In this document: positions 35,101 to 50,100 of the stretch, in pieces
Layout: each line of letters starts with the position of its first letter
How positions within the stretch are numbered: position 1 is the first letter of the stretch
Assembly: GCF_964355755.1 (NCBI RefSeq)
Contig: NC_092677.1
Coordinates: 13,724,101-13,788,100, forward strand
Direction of reading: 5' to 3'
Origin: Antedon mediterranea
Taxonomy: Eukaryota; Animalia; Echinodermata
Length of the DNA: 64,000 nt
The notes under the pieces: model-generated
The model's database searches: none
Told to the model about the DNA's origin: nothing
Seen by the model: the letters and a program-made list of their open reading frames with translations, nothing else
Position numbers and translations under genes: made by a program

Positions 35101-38100
35101 TTTCATCAAGTAGTGAGGTACCTGTAAGTCATTAAATGAAATCTATTTTCATTTTATTGAATTGTGATCGATTACCATATTTACTCAAATAAACGCCCCA
35201 GGGTGTTTATTGTTCAGGAGGTTTTTTTAGAGGGGTGTTTATCCGAGGGAGGCGTTAATTTTTTTGGGATGTAATATTGTAACATGTATTATCACAAAAT
35301 TCTCCCTAAATATGAAAGAAAATACAACAAACCCAATATCAAAAAGTGTGTAATATTGTAAATATTGCATGTAATGTATGTGGCGGGGCGTTTATTCCAA
35401 ACACTGCCCTAGGGAGGTGTTCGGGATGAGGAGTTTATTAAAATAAATATGGTAATTGATTTATTGTTCTTTTTTGTTGATCCAGTACTTTAACCAATGT
35501 ATCTTTTGAAATTGTGTTTTCCCTTTTTTTAAATGTTAATGGACACACCTTCACAAGTTGAAGTGTGCCACTGATACAAAGGTGAAGTGGAAATAACATT
35601 ATTTTTTGTTGATACAATAAAAAATAAAAAAACAAGTTAAAAAATACAGTATTCTTTTTGTAAATTTACCAACTTTGCAAATTCTGGTGATTGATATAAA
35701 AAGAACATCACACTTTCAAATTAATTACTTGGAAATTATTTCTCGATTTTGTTAATTGATATTTAAAGTATATTTATAATTATTTGCACTTGAAAAAATC
35801 CAAAACCCCAAACCTTGATCCTCTACGTTTTTTTCTCATTCAATTGATTAAGTTTTGCCTATAAACAATAATTTTCTTTTTTAGCAGGACTTATTGAAAC
35901 CTCATGAGAAGCGTGCGTTGAACTTTCTCATTAATGAATATCTGTTGAAGAATGAGTACAAGCTAACATCAATTACGTTCTCAGATGAGAATGAGGATCA
36001 GGTTAGAACACTTTTTTGAATTTTAATTTATAAACATTTTAAAAGTATAAGGACACAGCAATTTACGGCGAGCCCTAATATTACATTGTCAAAATATGGT
36101 TGTCAGTAAAGTTGTCGTAATACATTCAACTATGAATATCAGTTACTTACAGTACATCAGATATAATTGTTACAAAATTTAAACATCATCATACTCTATT
36201 TCTAAAAAAACATTTCAATCTTCAATTCAATCAACTAAAACAAAAGAATTAGATCCATTTTGTAGTTTATAATCACCAGATAGACTTTCTTCCTTAATGC
36301 TCTATGAATGGATAACTAGTTTGGGGCAGGAAAGCTATTACTGAACCCTGTACCGTTTTGTGATAATTGAAAAATGGTATGATATTGTATTTGGGGCTTT
36401 TGAGCAGTAATGTAAATAAAATGGTTATAAAAGAAATAAAAAATGAATGAATAAATAAAACATTCAGCTTTTTTTATCGATCATAGAACTGTTATTACCA
36501 CTCATATACATGGAGTTTATTCTTACTTTGTACAGAAAGGAACATATTAAAAGCCTGTGTGCTCAACTAATATTTCTTAGTAAAAAGAAAAAACTTGAAT
36601 ATGTGATCCTTGTAAAGTCACTAAATAATCCCAGTGAATTATAAGAACTCTTTAAAAAGATTAGGGCTATTCCAGATGTTAGGCTGGAATCCTACTTGGA
36701 GAATAAATTATTTACATGAAAGCCCCAGTGGTCTAATGGTTAGGACATCTGCATATAAAGCAGAAGGTTGCGAGTTTGAAGAATCTTGGTTAGGGGATCT
36801 TGGCACAGTTTTGATGGTTTCTTGGTCCTGACGATGACTGATGACACGTCGATTGGTAGGTTGTTAATCGAAGCAAAATGAAAGCTACAATATGGGTAGT
36901 CTAATCAACATTGTACATTTTAGACAATACTGTATTGTAATTTTAGTAAAGTCATTTTATTTGATTATGCATAGTATCATCATATACAAATAGTTATTGT
37001 TTTTATTTACATTGTTTTGTGAATATTTACATTTGTGAAGATGCATTTCTATGCAACAAAACCGCATGATACTGATAGAGAATTTTATATTATTAGATTA
37101 CAATAAATACTATACTGTAGTTTGATGTTAAAAAAAGCAATTTACTAGAAAATAAAAATTGTGGATGAAGAAATGCTCATACTGACTGTATTACTTCAAA
37201 CAAATGGCATTGGCAACTTTACAAACATGATACTGTTGTTGACAATACTGTTAGACCCATGCCTTTTTTCATAATCTGTAACATTGTTTCTGATTGGCTG
37301 AATCATAATATACCTTCTGGTATTATGCTCCCTCCGTCTGTAAACTATCAAACTACAGTAGTTTGACAAAAACAGTGTGATGTGCCCAAATATGGTAGTG
37401 ATATGTCCAAATATGATAGTGATGTACGCAAATAATGATAATTACTGTAATGTTCAAATATTGTAGTGATATGACATCATCATGTCCATATATGGGCACA
37501 TCACGTTTTTTTGTCACATAAAGTTTGATAGTGTACAGTAGATACAGAGCTTTAGTAAAAACTTTATGAGAAATTAAAATGTTGTTTTGTAGGATTTTGA
37601 TGACTGGGATGATGTTGGATTGAATATATCTCGTCCTCCTGATGTTCTACATCTATATCGTGACTATGGCAACCATGTTATCCCTGCCAAAGAGACCAGA
37701 GACATTGGATGTGGAGAGGATGTGGTGATGGAGGAGCAAGCGGAAGAAGTTGAGGCGGATCAAGTTCAAGTAGCTGAAGAGGAAAGAAAACAATTTGTAA
37801 GTTATTTTTATTTTTTAATGTTTATCATAAAATGTTGTTTTGTATTATTATCATTTGGGTCCCAGTAATTTCATCTCATCATCAGTTACACCTCTCATCT
37901 TAAGCTGTGCCTACACTATCAAACTAGTTTGACAAAAATCACATCAATCACATTTTTTTGGTCACATAAAGTTTGATAGTGTAGACCGAGTTTTACAGAA
38001 GACAGATAATCTTATGATACTGTACATGCATATATCATGACTATACCATTAGAAAATCTGTATGCATTCTAAATGAGGGAAAAACCTATAAATTAGATGG

Positions 38101-41100
38101 CTTTTCATTGCACAGTAACATAAATTAAATTGCAGGCAGAAAGTGCCTAAAGCATTCATTTCATGATGATTCACCAAGTTCAATTGATACAAACTAATAA
38201 TAATAGTGGCAATTCATCAGAATACAATATAAATGATATTTAAAAAATAAATTAAAATAATTAAGACTGAATAGTAAAACAATTATTCTTTGATTTAATA
38301 TTAAAATTGTATAATGTATATTTATTTTAAAATAAATATTTAGCTGTACCGTAATAATACATTTTTTAAATATTATTTCTAGGATGAACAATTGGTGAAA
38401 TTAACTGAACAAGTAATCACATTAAATGAAGAAAAGGAAACATTAAAAAAGCAGATTGAAATACTTGAAAGGTAATAAGTCAAATTATTATTTCTATTAT
38501 TAGTGTCAAAGCATTTTGTAAAAATATCATTTCAGATTCCACCTCCAGTGTTCTCCAATTGTTCTATTAAATCCACTTCAAATTCATTTCATTTCATAGT
38601 AACATTTATTTCCTTCATAATATACAAAATATAAATAATACAAAATTCATAACGAGAAGTAAGGTAGTTAAAACAAAAAATTTTTTGTCCATCTTTAAAA
38701 TGAATAAACAATATTATGAAGGAGGCACAATTCCTGGAAAGCAAAAGCTTGTGTTGAAAGTGCCTGAACAAAAACAAAAAGTAATTAAAATCAGTTTAAG
38801 ACTATGTATAAAAAGCAATTTAGTACCAAATCTTAGGTGTGTTTTAGGTGTATATTGTAGGATAAATACAAAACAAAGTGTCAAATATTTGTACTTTACC
38901 AATCCTATTAACAAGTAGTCTCTGATTATTCTTGTTCAATGTTTTTAATGTGTAGGCTTCTCACTATTAATTAAGTGTCATGTTTATTTTACAGTTAAAA
39001 AACAATTTATTCCTGTACATCTTTCTGGTAAAACCGGCTTTCATGATATCACTCTATATATAATAAATAATATTATATAAATTATATAATAAATCCTTAT
39101 TCATTCATTTATATTATTTTTTTTAGAGATATTCAAGAATTAAATGCACCAAAAATGTCAACACCTATGATCAGTCCTATAGTGTCACCAAAGAAAAACG
39201 AATCTACCTCAGCAGACATGAGAGGGCAGGATACCGACACGAGTCCCGAGGCAGATTCAGTGGTCGTCCAAGTAGGTTCACCGCAACCTTCGCAAAATGT
39301 CGCAAATACATCAGCTAATTTGTCTTCGTCTGATAAACCTTTAGAAAGACGGGATATCAGTGAAAGGAATGTGACGGGTGGGGCAGACCTTGAGGGAAGT
39401 CTTGTTAGAGAAGAACCCGAGGGTAGAGCTGAGGAAAAGTTAAATAGGTTTGTATCATGCGGATTACCACCATTGTCTATGTTATTTATTTTAACCATAT
39501 CTAACAGCTATATTACCAGATGCCTTGAGGAATTGTACTGTGAACTGTGTAGGGATTTGAACCCCGGACCCTAGGATTGGTAGAGTACAGGATTAATTTG
39601 TAGTACATTATTACCAGCCCAAAACAATGGCAGCCTACTAGAGAATAAACTCCAACTCCCTGCCCTGCTGTTGGCATCACTTAAGCTTGGTTCCCACAAG
39701 GACGTAAGCAATTTGACCAATCATAATAAATGGATCATCCAAACTGTTGCTTGTAATTGGTCAACTCACAAGTCTGAAGTTGAAACCCAAGCTTTACCTA
39801 TCATTTATTTCACTTCCTTTCAGTTTTTAAACTCTTGGCAACTTACACAGACTTAAAATGTTTGTTTTTATCAAAGGTTGTTAAAACGATTATAATAATG
39901 AATATTTGCTATACAGAAACATTTCTGATGCCTTCCGAGAAGCAATGACCAATCTGACATATGCTGACAGTATATTAGAAGGAAGACTAGCTGAGGAGGT
40001 TTCTAAAATTGCCAGAAATGATGAAGGCGTTGTTCTTATGTTAGCTCGATGCCTTCCACATATTGTACCCAATGTTCTACTTGCCAAAAGAGAGGTAATG
40101 TATAAATTCCATACATAATTATTTTATTTAATTTAAAATATTTAATAGCCAAACGGAATAAAATATACAAAAATATCAATAAATTAGATAAATAAACAAA
40201 TAATTATAGATAGCCAAGCATGTAAGATGTTTGTGTGTAGGTTATGACCTAGTTCTATATTCATACAAACTCATAAAAACTCCAAATAATACTGAATATA
40301 TATCACATTTTATGTCATTTGGGCATTAACATGTTAGACGTCTCTGTCTGCAATATCAAACTAGTGTGATGTGCTCAAAGTATTAGTAGTGATATTTTGT
40401 CATTATTTTTCACCAAATCATTAATTATTATAAAAATACATTAAACAAATATTTGTTTACGTTTAACTACTAAAATCTTCACAAAAATAATGGTTAGTAG
40501 CGGTTGGAAGAAAACAAGTTTTCTTTATTGCCAGTAGGTTATTTTTTTATATGGTCGGGATGGAAGAGAAATGTAAGACCTTCCACCTGTGTTTTAGCTG
40601 CCTACCTTTTCCTCTATCATGTTTTGTTTCGCTATTATGCTAATTATGTTTCTGTAATACCAGTATACTAACAATATTAATTTACAAAATTCTTTGAACC
40701 TTTGTCTGTGGTTTGTCTGGAATGAAATGAATAATTCAACATAGATTTGATAATATATTTATATAATAATAATAATATAATAATATATTTATATTTTGTT
40801 TATTATAATAGGAGTTAATTCCAGTGATACTGTATACAGTCAGTCTGCATCCAGACACTAGAGAACGGGATAAATTACTAAACATTTTATTTAATCTTAT
40901 CAAGAAACCAGATGAGGAACAAAGGTAATGAATGTATTTGTGAGATCAACAAAAGGGAAACAAAATATCAATAATAATTAACTGCTAATTCTGTACACTT
41001 TCTTTGTTTTAAAGCATTTATATTAACAAAAGAAAAACAAATTTATTTTTTACCTGCCATATGAGAATATCAAGAGATGATGACATTTTATGCAATAAAT

Positions 41101-44100
41101 ATTTAATGTTTGACAAGATATACATGACTTTGAATTATTTATACAAAACCTTTAGCAACTGTTCTATGTGAAGTTTTATGTTTATTTACTCCATATTCAT
41201 TTCAACTTTTCTTTGATGAAAACGCTCTCACAACATGAAAACTAATGACCATAATTAAGGAATAAAATCAATCTTATTATACTATATATTATGTATTGTC
41301 CCCAAAACATTAAAAAAAAATAATGATGAATAAAATCAAACTTTAGTATTTAAGTAGTTTAAATAAGGATATTTACTTTCACCAAGAAACAAAACAAAAA
41401 TAAGAATTCAGATTATTCAGAAAATGACAGGATATTATAAATAATGATTGTCTTTATCAGGTACATATTTATTTTTTCTGATTCAATTTTTGGTTTATTA
41501 TGTGTCGTCAACAAAAAAAAAGGGGGAAATATCTTTAAGATAGGTTACCTGCAAATTGCCTCTTTTGGCATTGTCATATTATAGATATCATATAGAAACA
41601 GGTATATAGCATATACTTACATGTAAACTGTTTCCAGATGTATGTAAAATGAACTTCTCTTAATTCTGTTACATAAATTATTCTACACTAAATATTAAAT
41701 TGCAAGAATACTCCAAGGAATATATATTTCTGTAGTTAACATCTTCCTGGTATACACTGAACTCAAATTAATCAATTATATACTAATGAACTGCACGTAA
41801 ATCTGATTATCTGAGATTGATTAGTTTTAAAGTGAGGCCACATTAGATTTGTGATCTATCAGTATGTGTATTGTATGCGTTCATATTTATATAAGTTTAG
41901 TACAGTTGGTTTGAATAATCATACAATATTAAAGATGATGATTTTTTTTGATTTTTTATTATTTCATAGTCATCCAACAGTCAATTACAGGATGGATAGA
42001 TTATTTTATAATATATTGTGCTTATAAACTAAATCTCATTTGATGCTTAGGGAGTGGAGTTTAAATAGTTGTGACTTACAACCCTGGCACTAGGTCAGGA
42101 TTGTATTTTTTTTGTAAGACTCTTTGTTTATATGTTAGAAATTTCTAAAAATCTTATTTCATTTCATTCATTTACCTGTCCACACGATTAAACTTTAAAT
42201 TACAAAAAAATGTGATATGCCCATATATGATGATGTCATATCACTACTATATTTAGCCATCACTACCAAATTTAGGCACATCACGCTTTTTTGTTATGAA
42301 TTCCTTAATAATGAATGTGTAAATCTCTTTCTACACTATCAAACTATGATTAATCATGTTTTTTTTTATGTAGACAAATGATTCTTCGAGGTTGTGTAGC
42401 ATTTGCCCAGCATGTTGGGCCTGCTAGACTAGAGGAGGAATTATTACCGCAATGCTGGGAAGAGATTAGTCATAAATACCAAGAACGTAGATTATTAGTA
42501 GCTGAATCCTGTGGTGTGCTAACTCCACATCTGACTGTAAGTAATAACACAGTTAAACATTAAATCTGGTTTTTGAAAGAAAGATACAGTCATTCAACTG
42601 AAAAGTAACATCCTTTTCACACTGAATAAATTGTTAGTCAAGTCAAGTCAAGTATCATTTATTATCATTTGTTTTAGGAAAAACATAGAAATTCTGTTTG
42701 CTCTGTTGGCGGAGCACAATATCCAACGGGCACAACACGAACTCAAAAACAAAAACATTACAAAAAAAAGTGTCTACATCATATTTAAGGCTCTAATAGA
42801 TCCTGGAAAGAAACTATTTGTAAATCGTGCCTTATTGGCCTTAATAGAACGAAATCGCCGACCGCTGCGCATCAACTGGAACATACTAGAGGCCGGATGA
42901 AATCTTTGATAGCCACTGCCTGCTATTTTGATCTCCCAATTTATTACAAGTTTAAAGAATGGAATAATTTACCAATTAACATTAAGGAATCAAAAACTGA
43001 ACTGTTTGTTGTTTTAAAAGTAATGTTAAAAAATATCTACAGGAACGTACACTAGTAGGAGAGACTAGTAGGAGAGCACTTACCTGATGTTGAATCCTTG
43101 TATAAAGAAAATGTGTTAAAAAAAGTAAAAAGTATCATTGATGATGAAACACATCCTCTTCACAAACAATTTGCTCTCATGAATTCTGGCATAAGACTAC
43201 GTGCACTTAATACCAAAACAAAACGGTTTAGGTGCTCGTTTGTACCTAATGCTATACACTTATATAACTCCAGAGTACAAAGGTAAAATGTAACCGATAA
43301 TTTTTATCTTATCTTATATTTATTTTTAGCCTCTTAACTTTTTGTGTGTGTTTTTGTAAATTGTATTTTATATTTTTGTATTTTGCCAGTTTTCAAATCA
43401 CATTTCTGTTTTTTAAATGGACAATAAAGTATATATGACTATGACTAGCACTAGAAACTATTTAATAAGCGCTTCTTCTATTTTTTATAGTCCTATTGTT
43501 GTTTTTTTTGTAATTTTTATATGTTTCATTGTATGTCTTTTTGCTGTTCTTTCAAAGGACCTCATTGGAAACAAGTCCGTAGAGGAGTTATCCTTGGCAT
43601 CCTTTCTTGTTTTATTCATGGTTTTTTATATTTTCTATTTTTAATTGTATGTCTGTGATTTTTTATGTACTGATGCCGAAATAAATCAAATCAAATCAAA
43701 TCAAACATACGTGTTCACAAATGTGGGGGAATACTCTGTGACTTGCAGCCTACTGGGCTGAATTGTGCACAGGTGTGGACGACAACTAGAACAATTTAGA
43801 GTTCTTTTCTAGCATACAAATGATACAGCACTATACATCTCATCATTTCAAAATGTCGCTGTAAAAACTGGATAAAAAAAATATTTACCTGAAAAAATGT
43901 AATTTAAAGCAAAAAATACTTAAATTGTCTTTCAGTCAATTGTTTTTGGTTAAAATTAACCGTTTTTGGCAGAGTTCTTTTTTTACAGAAGTGATTAACT
44001 TTATTAAAACTGCAAAATGGCATATTTAAAGTCTAATTTTATTAATCTTCATTTTTCATGTTTTTGGCGGACAATACATCTTTGAAAGTTTTGTTGATGC

Positions 44101-47100
44101 ATCAATAATGTTCTTTAAAACTTTTCCATTTCAGAAAGAAATACGTAGTTCTCTATTGCTATCCATGCTTCAAATGATGTTAGATGACAAAGCCAATGAA
44201 GTACGTCAGGCAGTCATCAAGAGCCTAGGAGTTGTTCTCACTTGGGTAGATGACCAAGATAAGTACAACCTAGGCTGGGAGCTTCTATGCAGAGGCCTAC
44301 ACGACAGTTCAGAAGCAGTGGTAGCTACAACTTTGAAGGTGCTCTTGCCGTCTTTTTCCAGCTGGGCCTTAGAGTTAGGCCGTCTAGAAAAACAAATAAT
44401 TGGCCAGTTGCTTAAGAAACTTGAAGACTCTGTAAAGGTATATTATATTATTTTAAATTTTGTTGAGACTGCAGTAAATGCTCTCAAAATTAGACCCCAT
44501 AAAGCCTAAAAATCTTCCAAAATCGTTAAAAATCATGACTTTGTAAAAACCACATTTTGGGGCACCATGATTGGTTCATGTTTTTTCTGTTTATGATTGA
44601 TTAAACTTTAGTTTAACTGATAAATGATAATTGTATTCTTTATTTAAAAAAAATCTAAATCGCTGAAAGAACTGAATCACTGATTTTTACAATAGTTGAA
44701 ACTTTTCAATGTAAGAAATTTTTCTGTGGCAGCTTCAACCCTGTGGAATTCCTTAACAATTCCAATCATATAGCGTGCCACTCTAAGCTCTTTCAAGAAG
44801 AAGTCTTTCCTTTTTAAACAAGATTTTCATTCATTTAACTTATTGCCACTTCTCGTCTATTTTAAGTTATGTACAGCGCATTGAGAGCTTGCTTATATGA
44901 GAATGAACTATTATTATTATTAAACAATGTATCTCATAGTGTGTATACATTTTTTTCCAAATTTAATTCCATTGAATTATGTTTGTAATTGCTCAGGTGT
45001 TATGTTTTACAGAATGTGAAAAGCAATCCATCGTCTGACAATGCAGCAGATGTACATTCTATACAAGTGTATTGTCAAACACTACAAACCTTGACGCCTG
45101 TACTATTTGCAGCTGTTTTGCTATCCGCCCCATTCACACAAGGACTGGATATTGAAGGAGCTCAACCATTAGAAGGTACAGTTAATGACCATTCACACTA
45201 CAGTTTAAGTTGAATAAAATATAAGCCTTTATTTTGTATGTGTATTAATAATATATCTGATTGAAACTTAAAGATGTATTGTCCCCCAAAAACATGAACA
45301 ATATAAGATTAATTAAGTCAGACTTTGAATAGGTTATTTTGTAGTTTTAATAAATTGAATACTTCCATAGAAAGAATAATGTTATCACTTATAAAAAGAC
45401 AAAAGAAATGATTATTTTTAACCAAAAACCATTGTCTTGCAGACAATTTAGGTATTTTTTGCTTTAATTTTGTTTTCATTAAAATGGCATATTCAACAAA
45501 AAATGTTTACAAAATTGTCTTTTTTTAGGGGGAAAATAAATCTTTAAAATTAAAAGCACATATTCATAAGTTCTTATGATATTTAATATTTTATTTCAGT
45601 TACTAGGTTTCCAAAGCCATATTCTGGGCTTTTAGACCTTTCTGTTTTAGTTGGAAGTCGTGAGCTGCTGGCGGCTCACGTTGGAGCATTTGAGAGCCAT
45701 ATAGGACAGAGCAATCACCAGGAATGGGATACTTATAGTTGGGTACTTAAAGAATAGTATGTATTCTTTTTTTCTTATTCATTCTGCTTAATGTTTCTAT
45801 TCTCTACAGTGTTTAGTTAATAATACATGGTTTGACATAAGAGTATGTGAATCATTATCTGTGTTTAATGAGGCGTAAAAAGAGTGATTTGCTAACACTG
45901 ATAATTGTCAGCATATAGTTGTTGAGGGAGTTGTTATTAGAGTCTAAACAACTCCCTGGTAATAGTTATTATATGGAAAGTGAAGGTATGTAGATGTATC
46001 TAGCCTTTCTAATAGATTTCTTAGATCTGAATTTATGCTAAGTAAACATGAGGGATGTTGAATGTTGCTGAACAGCTTATGCAGTAAAGCGCCAGTAAAT
46101 TTATTACACATAAAAATCATGATCCTCTCAGGCATCTGGTTTATTTTAAATAAATACCCTTCTTGAAGGACTGTATGTACATTAATTCAAAATATTCAAA
46201 GCATAAAATGTGATGTATTAAGCCTTTTTTCCAGTCAACGTAACGTTTTACGGTTAGCTGGACCGATAATATTTACACATTTTTACGCGATCGTTCATAG
46301 TTGCTTCGTTCTCTTGAACATTGCTGGGACATGCAAATGTGAAGTGTTGCAAACATCGACTGGAAAACAGGATCTAAAAATATAATATTAATTGTATAAC
46401 TAAGTATTGTTATATATAATATATTTAATTTATTTCTTTCATTGTAGTTTACCAAGGCTACTTGAGGTTAGCTGCAATCTAGACATGCTATATGTTGATA
46501 GTATAAAGGCCCTTTCAAAGGTTCTGAACAGTCTTTCGAAAACCTTTGGCAAAAGTTTTACAGAAACAAGGGTAAGCTTTAATTAATATTGAGTATATCT
46601 ATAAGAACAATTGAATGTTAAACTACTTTTGCTTACTTGTTTGCATTTTACTGTTTTACAGTTAAAGCCAAAATTTCAAGCCATGTTGAATGTACCGGAT
46701 GAGCAATATGGTAAGTCTTTTTATTTCTAATTAAACAGAAAACCATGTTTGTTTATGTATAGGGTGTTGTTTTCTTTGACCTATCTGTATAAAGTTGTCC
46801 ATATCTAAAATAAAAATGAGGATAAGGATGCTCCCACTTGTGTAAATATCCTTGTGTCTGTCCACATGCGTGAACTACTCAGTACAATTATAAACTTACT
46901 GGTCTTAAGCTCTGTCTACACTACCAAATTTTATGTGACAAAAAAATGTGATGCGCCCATATATGGACATGATGATGTCATACTACCATATTTAAGCATA
47001 TCACTACCATATTTAGGCACATCACATTTTTTTTGTCACATGAAGTTTGATAGTGTAAACAGAGCTTTAGGTCTGAACGCGATGTTACCAAACTCGTGTT

Positions 47101-50100
47101 CACCTAGCATCTAGTGAACATTAATTTTCAAAGCTTTTATTTTTGTAAAGGCACTATATAACTGACAATTTTATGTTTTATTATGTCATTGAACAGAATA
47201 TTATTATAAAATATTATATAAATGTATATATATACTTTTATTGGCACAATACTTAAACCTGAATTTTTTTTTGTTATTTAAAGACACATTAATACAATCT
47301 GGGCAGTCAGCATTAACCAAAGCAATAGTTCCTGTGTTTGTCTCTGGTGTTCTATCATGTTACAACACTGAAGATGATCGTAAACAGTTAGCAACATTCC
47401 TACAAGATACAATAGCCACTCTTGCCGTCAATCACGCATCTATGGATAGCATTCAATTAGCATTCGCAGAATTACAGTAAGTCTTCTACATAATCATGTA
47501 CATTAAACATCACACCCAGTGGTGTAAAACAGAAGCCTGAGGCTCCTGGTTTAGGAAACCTAAGTGGCCCTAGGATGTTTTTAATGCCTGTTTTTTCTTC
47601 TGGGCACTGCTCATGGGCACCTATAAGCTCCGGGGCCCCTGGGTTTAGTCAGTGAGCACTCATCTGAGCCGTTACGCCACTGATCACGCCTTCTCCCCTC
47701 CCTACTTACAGGAGTAATTATTGTCTAGATAGTACCTTTGTTCATTATACAGTACATGGCGAGTTGAGTGGCTTTGTGGTTAAAATTGGGGCACTGTAAC
47801 TAAACATATATCCATAAATTAGCGCATTTTCAAGGCCCTCCTTGTTCATAATTCTGGTAAAACAAGTTATCTTGTAAAAAAAATGGAGGTCCAGTGTACG
47901 CATACAGTATTAATCAGGTGCACTTAGAAAAACCCCAGAGTATCTTTTGTGGTGAGTAGAGAGATTATTATTGTATGTTCTTATTTTCAGTCACAACCCT
48001 ACCTATCATGAACTATTGTTAACAGTACTATGGAACGGTGTGGTTGACACCTCGGCGCGTGTACGCATCGTTACAGCCAACATGTTTACGTTACTTTCAA
48101 AGAACATTCATGAAGGATTGGTGTCATCACGAATTGTTCCAGCACTCATTACTCTTGCAGGAGATGAGGAAATGTAAGTTTTAAGACCATTTATAGTATA
48201 CCTGGTATTTTCCTGAAAAATCATAAAATCAAAACTGTAAAGAGGCCGGCCATAACAGAATGTTATAAAGTGCTATAAATAATATAATATAAATAATAAA
48301 GTAATTGTTTGTTGGAACTCTTCATTTCATTCATTGCTTTACCACGTTGAAACACCGAAGTTAAGCAACATTGGGCCTGGTTAGAGCTTGGATGGGAGAC
48401 CATCTGGGAATATCGGGTGCTGTATATGGAGCTGGGGTCCTGTTGGGCATTTGAAATCAGCATTGCTGACTCTTATGGCAGCCCCTGCATCTAGTATCTG
48501 CCTCAGATTTATTGGCCCATGCCTTTCCTCTGGTCAAGGTGGGCACTGGACGAGAGAAGCCCTTGATCAATGTTAGGACCAATCAATGTGCTTTAAACAG
48601 TCCTGGCTTTGTTTGTATCAAACCTGTAATAGTGGTGGTAATTATTGCTGTTAGTTTTGATTGAATAAAAAAAAAAATTATTACAGATATTTTTATTTAT
48701 TAAAAATAAAGAATCATAACATTTACTAAAAAACATACCTTATTAAAAAATATCTTTTTAGTACAATCATACCGATAATACTGTCTATATACTTTCATAT
48801 TATTATTTTACGTTTCTCTGTTAATTTTTTATTATGTTTGTGTTTTTATATAGAATGGTTAGGATTGCCACAGTTCCTGCTTTTGGTGCAATTATAGAGA
48901 GTACAACACAGAAAGAGGTTAGTAATAATAATGTTTGTTATTATACAATATGTTGATATATTAAGTTTTTTGGTACATTACGTGTGTACATTACGTGTAC
49001 AGCCCCATTAGAGAATGTGTTCATTTTTACCCGAAGTTTTGAAAAATTTCGAGTAAATGTCACTTAACCTCCTACTGTGACATGTGTTTATATAAGTCCA
49101 ACTTTGATAGGCAAGTCGTTAAACCTTTTGATCCTAGCCGAATTCTGCTAGTTTTTGCCTGACCATTGACCTGGCATACTGAAGAATGTACCTTGTCCTA
49201 ATCAATCAATTACAAGAGAGCTAATACAATCACAGGGGTATAATAGGATGCAGGTAATTAATCACCTACTTAGTTTATTTATCTGATAAGGATTTTGACC
49301 AAAAAGTTCTAATGGGGATGTACACCTAATGTAGTTCTGAAAAGAAATGTTGAGTTTCTCCCATTATAATAATGATCAAATAATAATAATAATATAATAC
49401 AATAAAACAGAACACTCAAATAAATCAACAAACAAATACCTACAAACCTGTGCACTTTGAATAACCTAGTACATCTTTCGAGACGAGTGGGAGGTTACCC
49501 CGGTGTACTAGTTCACACACAGCCACTGATACAAACTCATCATAGTACTATACACTGTGCACTTTGAATAACCTAGTACATCTTTCAAGACGAGTGGGAG
49601 GTTACCCCGGTGTACTAGTTCACACACAGCCACTGATACAAACTCATCATAGTACTATACACTGTGCACTTTGAATAACCTAGTACATCTTTCGAGACGA
49701 GTGGGAGGTTACCCCGGTGTACTAGTTCACACACAGCTACTGTCACAAACTCATCTTAGTACTATACACTGTGCACTTTGAATAACCTAGTACATTTTCG
49801 AGACGAGTGGGAGGTTACCCCGGTGTACTAGTTCACACACAGCTACTGATAAAAACTCATCATAGTACTATACACTGTGCACTTTGAATAACCTAGTACA
49901 TCTTTCAAGACGAGTGGGAGGTTACCCCGGTGTACTAGTTCACACACAGCCACTGATACAAACTCATCATAGTACTATACACTGTGCACTTTGAATAACC
50001 TAGTACATCTTTCGAGACGAGTGGGAGGTTACCCCGGTGTACTAGTTCACACACAGCCACTGTCACAAACTCATCTTAGTACTATACACTGTGCACTTTG

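Noticed and set aside
36722-36800. tRNA genes here and at ~12097, ~50772 and ~57497
   Set aside because: A/B-box-like motifs are present, but the acceptor and T stems do not pair; these are SINE heads.
48340-48424. Functional 5S rRNA gene
   Set aside because: The 5' end is degenerate, there is an internal deletion, there is no oligo-T terminator, and it is a single intronic copy.
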